A DNA stretch of 46,232 nucleotides from Octopus bimaculoides. Its lineage: Eukaryota. The notes under the pieces were generated by a model. That model made no database searches, was not told where the DNA came from, and was given only the letters and a program-made list of their open reading frames with translations. Position 1 is the stretch's first letter. Every line of letters starts with the position of its first letter. The stretch covers positions 71,141,833-71,188,064 of the forward strand of contig NC_068989.1 of assembly GCF_001194135.2 (NCBI RefSeq), read 5' to 3'. Shown in pieces: positions 37,795 through 46,232 of the stretch. The position numbers and the translations under genes were made by a program.

Positions 37795-38205
37795 GACGAG
37801 AGGGTTTATATAAATTCTGATGAAACGAATTCTCTCAATGTCAGACATTTAATAAATGACCAATGTTATGCTGTGAGGAAGTAAAATTATATCCCGTACA
37901 GTGGAGGTAGGAGAAATCTCATAGCAATGAATAAAATGGTTGTAGACAAGAGGGTTTATATAAATTCAGAGGAAACGAATTTTGTCTGATGTCAGGCATT
38001 TGATAAGTGATCGCTGTAATGTTTTAAAGAGACTAGGGAGAAAGGGAGTTTATATAAAATCTGATGAAACGAGTTCTCCCTGGTGTCAGACATTTAATAA
38101 GTGACTGGTGTTATCTTTCAAAGAGGTAGTAGACAAGATGGTTTATATGAATTCTGATGAAACGAATTCTGTCTGTGGTCAGATAATTTAATATGTGAGT
38201 TGTGT
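37795..38205. repeat. Four-copy ~93-bp tandem repeat with conserved ~60-bp core
   Basis: Core GGGTTTATATAAATTCTGATGAAACGAATTCT..C...GTCAGACATTTAATAAGTGA near 37801, 37951, 38045 and 38138. Confidence 0.9.
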
Positions 38206-39421
38206 TACGTCATGCGGAAAGAGAATTACTTCACATATAACAAACTGTAGCACCATGTATGTGGTTCGATAACATGAAGTTGAGCTAGAAATGATTAGAA
38301 TTAAATGAACCTAAACTATGTAATTTTGAGTTCGAATCCTCTGAGAAAAGTATGTTAATTAAGATTTATATTCATTCTGGTTAAATTTATAAAAACTAAT
38401 TTTCTTGTTTTTGTTGTTTAGACCCAGCACAGCTTGTAGGAACTCTGTTGGTCTATGCACCTGCACATGATCGTCAGGACTAGCAAAATGTTTTTGAGAA
38501 AGATTAACAGTTCCCAATATAAACAAGTTTCTACTTCACGCCATTGATGTTTATTCAAAGGAAAGGACGCTGATTTGGGGCGATACAGCTTGGCACTAGT
38601 GTCGATGCAAGTGTTGTGGTCAGAAACACAAAAAGCCAGAGCAGGTGTGGCAAACCATCTCGCCCGACTAGTTCACCATCATGGATAGGTTCTTTTAACG
38701 ATCCCGAAAAGATAATAGTCGCAGTTGGTATGGGAGGGATTTGAACTCAGACATTGACAGTCGGAACAAATAGCACAAAACATTATATCCATCACTCTAG
38801 CGATCTTCTCGAGTCATTTCGATTCACGTTGTAGGAAGTGATACATCGAGAAATTTTAGGTGTTATAGCAACTTACAGGCGTTGGTGAATTAGATACAAC
38901 TCTGTCACAGTAATTAAGCGTTATTTCCTCTGTTTTCGCCAGACATTCCAAGGATATTTTAAATTTCAGTAAAATCTATGGAATAATATATTAACATATA
39001 ACAGAGAGCTCTATTCATGGTAGAAGTATGACAGTTTAGTTTTCTTGTAGAGGGATACACAAACCATTATGTGCAGCTTCTAAGAGACAAAGATATCTAC
39101 TGCGCAGTTAGAGTGAGAATAGCCTTGTTGAGAATATTCCTTGTATTTAGTAAGTCATTCCTCTTCACGGAGCCCGCAGATAAACCAGGATATAGAGGTC
39201 AAGTCTGCCTTGCCTTTGATCCTAAAGAAGTTCATGTGATGAACATTCCCTTGAAGTCAATGGCTGTTAGTCTTGTTACAAGGACGTCTTCAGTACAAGC
39301 TGTGCGAAAGAAAAAGTTAACCTCAGTAGACTTTGAGCTCTGAGCAGGGAGAGTCGGAATGAATCCAGTAAAACATTCCAACCGAAACTGAGTTGATTCT
39401 GCCAATTAGCCACCTTAATCC

Positions 39422-39537
39422 CATACATACATACATACATACATACATACATACATACATACATACATACATACATACAATACATACATACATACATACA
39501 TACATACATACATACATACATACATACATACATACAT
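39422..39537. repeat. (CATA)n microsatellite
   Basis: Direct. Confidence 0.97.
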
Positions 39538-39544
39538 AATCAAA

Positions 39545-40345
39545 AGTGAGAACAACAGCATCTTCAGGATTGTGGTAGTTCTGCTATACCAGTGTGGAAG
39601 ATATCCCCCATATCATCAGCAGCTGCCTCCAAATGGTTACGAGATACTATCTACCCCTGAAGTATGATATAATTTCAAAGATCATTTTCAATGCTATTTG
39701 TAGGAAGGACTGTCCTGACGTATACATCAAAAGCATGTCAGAACCACCAAGTATCCACTCACTTAAAACCAAGGAATTATGGTAGAACCCCCCCCCCCAA
39801 AAAAAACATCAATTCGATGCAAACATAACAGACCTGATATTGTTCTATTGTTCTATGGGACAGGGAACAAAAGTCATGTAGGGGTCAGCTGCCCAGCGGA
39901 CGTTGATGTACAATGAAAAGTTCAGGAAAACGAGAACAATTATGGTGAATTAACGCGGAGCTTACAGCTCTGGTACCCTGACTATGAATTCTCATTTGTG
40001 CCCATCATCTTAGGGGCATCAAGTTACGTACCGACAAACTTGCACAATAAACTAGAAACACTTCGTTTCACGGAAAAAGAGCAAAAGAAACTGACGCGGA
40101 TTCTCCAAATCCAAAGTGGCAGAGTTGAAGATTTGTAAGACGTACCAGAAATTCTCCACCTCAGATTCTTATGGGAACAGATGCACACACTTTGGTGTAT
40201 GCATCGACAGTTCAACCAACACACCAACTCAACCACATATTTACAAACACCAGGAACTCTTTTAACTCAAAAAGCCTTGTTGCATTGTAAGCAACCGGCT
40301 TGAACTCTCTAAAGAAGAAGTTAGACTAAACTCAAAGAAAAATCA
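39545..40345 (+). pseudogene. R4/Dong-like RLE non-LTR retrotransposon 3' end, frameshifted
   Basis: Zinc-knuckle half EDIPHIISSC, RYYLPLKYDIISK, KHNRPDIVL (PD), VSCPADVDV, ENNYGEL, FVPIILGA and KICKTYQKF, followed by a short 3' UTR. Confidence 0.8.
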
Positions 40346-40360
40346 CACACACACATACAC

Positions 40361-40394
<34 letters not shown>

Positions 40395-41412
40395 NNNNNN
40401 NNNNNNNNNNNNNNNNNNNNNNNNNNNNNNNNNNNNNNNNNNNNNNNNNNNNNNNNNNNNNNNNNNNNNNNNNNNNNNNNNNNNNNNNNNNNNNNNNNNN
40501 NNNNNNNNNNNNNNNNNNNNNNNNNNNNNNNNNNNNNNNNNNNNNNNNNNNNNNNNNNNNNNNNNNNNNNNNNNNNNNNNNNNNNNNNNNNNNNNNNNNN
40601 NNNNNNNNNNNNNNNNNNNNNNNNNNNNNNNNNNNNNNNNNNNNNNNNNNNNNNNNNNNNNNNNNNNNNNNNNNNNNNNNNNNNNNNNNNNNNNNNNNNN
40701 NNNNNNNNNNNNNNNNNNNNNNNNNNNNNNNNNNNNNNNNNNNNNNNNNNNNNNNNNNNNNNNNNNNNNNNNNNNNNNNNNNNNNNNNNNNNNNNNNNNN
40801 NNNNNNNNNNNNNNNNNNNNNNNNNNNNNNNNNNNNNNNNNNNNNNNNNNNNNNNNNNNNNNNNNNNNNNNNNNNNNNNNNNNNNNNNNNNNNNNNNNNN
40901 NNNNNNNNNNNNNNNNNNNNNNNNNNNNNNNNNNNNNNNNNNNNNNNNNNNNNNNNNNNNNNNNNNNNNNNNNNNNNNNNNNNNNNNNNNNNNNNNNNNN
41001 NNNNNNNNNNNNNNNNNNNNNNNNNNNNNNNNNNNNNNNNNNNNNNNNNNNNNNNNNNNTATATATATATATATATATATATATATGCGTTTGTATACGT
41101 GTACGTTTCTGTATTGAGCATGCGTTCGTGTATATATGTGCGTAAGTATATGTATATGTGCATGTATACGTATGTTAATCTAACTATACGTATCTTCAAT
41201 ATTTGAAACATACAAATTGTCTTATTGGTACTATGCAATGTGTCTTTGGGGTTGGTCCCACAAACTGTAAGATGACCTTCTCATACCATTATATTCTTGT
41301 ATATTTCTGTTATATTTTTTCCAATTTACTTTCCAATAATGGAAAGTAGATGTGTTTATCAGTCTTCAATCCGTGGTGTTTTTTAAACCAACAAAACACT
41401 TCTTTTTGTCCA

Positions 41413-41470
<58 letters not shown>

Positions 41471-42136
41471 CTTTTTGACATATTTCCTTTCTCTCTTTTC
41501 CCTTCATCTTGCACCTCTTCATAACTCTTTATTTATTTATTTATTTACTTATTTACTTATTTATCATTGATTATTCACTTCTTATATATTTTCGATTTTA
41601 TATTTTTACCAGTCTATTATTGGATTCCTTTCTTTCTTTCTATCTTTCTTTCTTACTTTCTTTCTTTAATTACAATTCTCTCCTCACTTTTTTCTCCTCT
41701 TTCCATCTCTCCTTCTATTTCCATTTTTCTATGTCATTTGTTTTCTGTCTACTTCTTTCTTAACACACTTTCAAAACGTTTTGCCATCTGTCCAAATTTA
41801 GACATTTTCCCCCCACCATAACGTAAAAAAAGTGTTCCCCTGATGATCTGTTGCGATTAAACATCCTATTGCACATGGAACATCCAAAGCCATCATTCCA
41901 AACAACTACAACGCTGAAATGTACGTACGGAACAAAGGATATAAACTTCGGTTTATCGTAATTTCTCCTGCATTTGCTCTGTATATCACAGCTAGTTATA
42001 CTACGAAATATAGTAGTAACTTAAACACTATACTGAAAGCAAACTGAATGGTGAAGATCAAAGTGGAAATCTCAAATCTACAGCAGCAGCCTTACCTCTA
42101 GCTGTGCACAAAATATACAACATTTCTTATCGATTA

Positions 42137-42190
42137 ATCCTAACTGATGATGCCTACAGTCATAGTCGAAACTAGATCTAGTCTGAGAAT
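42137..42190 (+). ncRNA. Type I hammerhead with palindromic helix III
   Basis: ATCCTAA-CTGATGA-T-GCCTA(CAGTCA)TAGTC-GAAACTAGATCTAGTC-TGAGAAT. Perfect palindrome ACTAGATCTAGT at 42171-42182, GUC triplet (C42183), helix II 4 of 5 pairs, helix I 5 of 7. Confidence 0.75.
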
Positions 42191-42384
42191 CTTCGAAGCG
42201 GTCAAGGGGCGGTTGCCTCCCCTGTTAGCATGTGTATATACCTTCTGCGCTCCTCCTACAGGATTAAGAGAATTATAACTCTTATTTCTAGCAATGTAAG
42301 TGTTCCGGCACCCTTAGTCACAGTTAGTGACAATTGAATTTTTTCTTTATGGTATCACTTTGCGCCTGGCTGTTTATATTAATT

Positions 42385-42445
<61 letters not shown>

Positions 42446-43119
42446 GGTTTAAATAANNNNNNNNNNNNNNNNNNNNNNNNNNNNNNNNNNNNNNNNNNNN
42501 NNNNNNNNNNNNNNNNNNNNNNNNNNNNNNNNNNNNNNNNNNNNNNNNNNNNNNNNNNNNNNNNNNNNNNNNNNNNNNNNNNNNNNNNNNNNNNNNNNNN
42601 NNNNNNNNNNNNNNNNNNNNNNNNNNNNNNNNNNNNNNNNNNNNNNNNNNNNNNNNNNNNNNNNNNNNNNNNNNNNNNNNNNNNNNNNNNNNNNNNNNNN
42701 NNNNNNNNNNNNNNNNNNNNNNNNNNNNNNNNNNNNNNNNNNNNNNNNNNNNNNNNNNNNNNNNNNNNNNNNNNNNNNNNNNNNNNNNNNNNNNNNNNNN
42801 NNNNNNNNNNNNNNNNNNNNNNNNNNNNNNNNNNNNNNNNNNNNNNNNNNNNNNNNNNNNNNNNNNNNNNNNNNNNNNNNNNNNNNNNNNNNNNNNNNNN
42901 NNNNNNNNNNNNNNNNNNNNNNNNNNNNNNNNNNNNNNNNNNNNNNNNNNNNNNNNNNNNNNNNNNNNNNNNNNNNNNNNNNNNNNNNNNNNNNNNNNNN
43001 NNNNNNNNNNNNNNNNNNNNNNNNNNNNNNNNNNNNNNNNNNNNNNNNNNNNNNNNNNNNNNNNNNNNNNNNNNNNNNNNNNNTATATATATAAAGAATA
43101 ATAAGTAGATGGACAGATA

Positions 43120-43325
43120 GATCGATCAAATTTATAGAAGACAAAAGACAAAGACAAGTAAATGAACAAGATGCAGGTATATTAGTTTGACACTCGGGAA
43201 GAAAGGCGAAGTCTTTGACATTTCGAGCCTACGTTCTTCCATAGTAAGAGAAGAGAGGAAAGAAATGGAGAGGAAACGAAATAGTAAAAACGGAGAGAGA
43301 AAAAGCGTGTAGGGATTAACGGTTC
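43120..43325 (-). mobile_element. Hammerhead-bearing repeat, copy 3 (core decayed)
   Basis: Reverse complement ...CTTACTATGGAAGAACGTAGGCTCGAAATGTCAAAGAC...TTCCCGAGTGTC resembles copies 1 and 2; flanked by (GATA)n and (TA)n. Confidence 0.5.
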
Positions 43326-43344
43326 AACATGATGAAATGACCCT

Positions 43345-43352
43345 AGATAGAC

Positions 43353-43440
<88 letters not shown>
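43345..43440. repeat. (GACA)n/(GATA)n microsatellite
   Basis: Direct. Confidence 0.95.
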
Positions 43441-43442
<2 letters not shown>

Positions 43443-43870
43443 CTATGTTTGTGTGTAATTTTCTTGTATATACACAAGTAAATCTTTCGGACATAATAAA
43501 TGATTTAGAATTTCTCCATCGGCAAATAAGCAGTTTTCATATACGTTTTCGTTATTGTTGCTATTTATTTGTTTATTAAGAGCTGGTGCGAAAATTTAAT
43601 CATTTTCAAATACAGAATGTAAAACGAGAACAAAATTATATATATATATATATAAACATACACACACATACAAATAATAGAAAGTCCTTGGCACAATATT
43701 ATTTGAAAAAATTGAATAGAAATGGTTTTTTAGATAATTTTTCCACTTTAGTAATTAGATGTTTGTAGGTTAGGTGTTAAACACCTAATAACTTATAAAC
43801 ATCTAGTTATTAAAGTGGGAAAAAATTGTCAGAAAAACTATTTCTATTCATTTTTTCAAATGTATATATG

Positions 43871-43922
<52 letters not shown>

Positions 43923-44197
43923 GGAGACATGCAAATGGAATAATAATCCTACAGAGAAGGCGCACAGATTGTACACTTAAACATTGCACATGTGAGCCAA
44001 GAGGAAACATGCCAGATATAGCAGCAAAATCTCCGCCTCAGGTCATACCCTACTGTCTTTAAATGAAACAATAAAGAAAAAGAAAACAAACAAAAAACAA
44101 ACACAAAGACATAAATTATTAGGCAGGTTCTATGTTGTATTTGTCTAAGCAAGTGACTTTATATAAGACCGTGAGTTGACGTAGAAGCATTTACATA

Positions 44198-44395
44198 ATC
44201 TTTTCTACTCTAGGCACAAGGTCCGAAATTTTGTGGGAGGGGCCAGTCGATTAGATCGATTCCAGTACGCAGCCTGGGACTTAATTTATCGACCCCGAAA
44301 GGATGAAAGGCAAATTCGACCTCGTCAGAATTTGAACTCAGAACATAAAGACAGGCGAAATACCGCTAAGCATTTCGCCCGGCATTCTAACGTTT
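44198..44395 (-). mobile_element. SINE family B
   Basis: Aligns to 44645-44864; extreme head missing. Confidence 0.92.
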
Positions 44396-44628
44396 CTTAT
44401 TTCTTTACTGCCCACAAGGGGCTACACACAGAGGGGACAAACAAGGACAGACAAAGGGATTAAATCGATTATATCGACCCCAGTGCGTAATTGGTACTTA
44501 TTTAATCGACCCCGAAAGGATGAAAGGCTAAGTCGACCTCGGCGGAATTTGAACTCAGAACGTAGCGGCAGACGAAATACCGCTAAGCATTTTGCCCGGT
44601 GTGCTAACGTTTCTGCCAGCTCGCCGCA
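44396..44628 (-). mobile_element. SINE family B variant with alternative 3' tail
   Basis: Family B head and core; reverse complement tail ...GCCCCTTGTGGGCAGTAAAGAAAT instead of ...GGCCTTGTGCCTAGAGTAGAAAAG. Confidence 0.92.
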
Positions 44629-44644
44629 TTCGTCATTTATAATA

Positions 44645-44864
44645 GTCTTTTCTACTCTAGGCACAAAACTCGAAATTTTGGGGGAAGGGGGGGGGGCAGT
44701 CGATTAGATGAACCCCAGTACGCAACTAATACTTAATTTATCGACCCCGAAAGGATGAAAGGCAAAGTCAACCTCGGCGGAATTTGAACTTATAACGTAA
44801 CGACAGGCGAAATACCGCTAAGCATTTCGTCTGGCATGCTAACGTTTCTGTCAGTTCGCCGCCT
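44645..44864 (-). mobile_element. SINE family B, full length
   Basis: Complete head, core and tail. Confidence 0.93.
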
Positions 44865-45995
44865 AGACTGAAGTAGTAATTAATCAACGAGGAGTACTCC
44901 ACTGGCTACTCATCAGGGTTGCATACACAGCAACTCCAGTTGTTAACCGTGAACTATAAAATAACCTTTTTCAGCTTATCGAACTTTACAATCTTCTACG
45001 TCAATAAACCACCATTGTTCCTGGAAGTTGTTTGTTATACCTTCTACAGACTGCGCCTGGATCCCTGGATCTTACCTTTACACACACACACACACAGACA
45101 CACACACACACACACACACACAGACACAGACACACACACACACACACACANNNNNNNNNNNNNNNNNNNNNNNNNNNNNNNNNNNNNNNNNNNNNNNNNN
45201 NNNNNNNNNNNNNNNNNNNNNNNNNNNNNNNNNNNNNNNNNNNNNNNNNNNNNNNNNNNNNNNNNNNNNNNNNNNNNNNNNNNNNNNNNNNNNNNNNNNN
45301 NNNNNNNNNNNNNNNNNNNNNNNNNNNNNNNNNNNNNNNNNNNNNNNNNNNNNNNNNNNNNNNNNNNNNNNNNNNNNNNNNNNNNNNNNNNNNNNNNNNN
45401 NNNNNNNNNNNNNNNNNNNNNNNNNNNNNNNNNNNNNNNNNNNNNNNNNNNNNNNNNNNNNNNNNNNNNNNNNNNNNNNNNNNNNNNNAACACGTTTCTT
45501 TTAATAAGTCAATGATTCACCAAGACTATACATACATTCTGTACTCATCAGAAGAGAAAAAGAAAACCGTAGTGCACCGACTGAGGTTATTTGTTGTTCG
45601 TTATTTATAAAGGGCTCTATGACTTATCTTATGATGGCAGACATTTTGGATTTATTTCCTCTTCCTTTTATTTTAGTCTTTTCCCTTTTTTTTAGTTTGA
45701 TTTTTATATCAGGATCCATTGAAATCTTTTAAAGATACAGTCTACGAAATAAATCATTCAAATGATAATAATTTAATCGTCTGAATTTGTGTTTTTGAAG
45801 GAGATTTGATGTTAAAGTATGAAAAAAGATGAGTAGAAAGTTGCCAGAGTCTCGTTGTGTTGTTTCAAGTGTATTCGCTATGTTTAATGTTTGCAAATAA
45901 CTTTCATCCATCCCTCTTGAAAAAACAAACATATCAACCAGAATATTTTGTTTGCAAAAATAAATTGATTGATGTTATAGACTATCATATTGCCA

Positions 45996-46095
45996 TAAGG
46001 CAGCAAACTGTCCGAATCGTTAGCAAGCTGGAGAAAATGCTTGGCGGCATTTCGTCTGTCGTTACGTTCTGAGTTCAAATTTCGCCGCGGTCTAT
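45996..46095 (+). mobile_element. SINE family B, 5' part
   Basis: TAAGGCAGCAAACTG...GTTCTGAGTTCAAATTTCGCC. Confidence 0.85.
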
Positions 46096-46148
46096 CATGT
46101 TCTGAATCACCCACTTCTTTACTTTCGCCCTTTCTACTCTTTTGTTTT

Positions 46149-46201
<53 letters not shown>

Positions 46202-46232
46202 CATATATGTATATATATATATATATATATAT

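Noticed and set aside
37795-38205. CRISPR-like repeat-spacer appearance; snoRNA C box; hammerhead
   Set aside because: Eukaryotic context, no cas genes, and spacers are mutually similar. No D box at a suitable distance. CTGATGA overlaps GAAAC, leaving no helix II.

Overview
Repeat-dense, AT-rich eukaryotic genomic DNA with about 15 N-gaps, most abutting microsatellites as in a short-read assembly. The SINE families match what I recall from Octopus (inference, not a database hit). I recognise no host gene and no intact long ORF; nearly all listed ORFs are microsatellite or gap artefacts. The window holds: (i) many tRNA-derived SINE copies of at least three modular families (called A, B and C here); (ii) decayed transposons: a D34D mariner (21401-22597), a Tigger/pogo-like non-autonomous element, and HERO-like, R4/Dong-like and RTE-like non-LTR 3' ends; (iii) several hammerhead ribozyme (HHR) motifs. 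Three HHRs sit in a ~190-bp microsatellite-flanked repeat (one intact at 6372-6408). One has a perfectly palindromic helix III (42137-42190). One is a candidate non-circularly permuted hammerhead in the 3' UTR of the HERO-like element (15972-16026), the most interesting and least certain signal. Other structures are inverted minisatellite arms (33285-34320), a ~93-bp tandem array and inverted SINE pairs. Repeat boundaries are read by eye and approximate.
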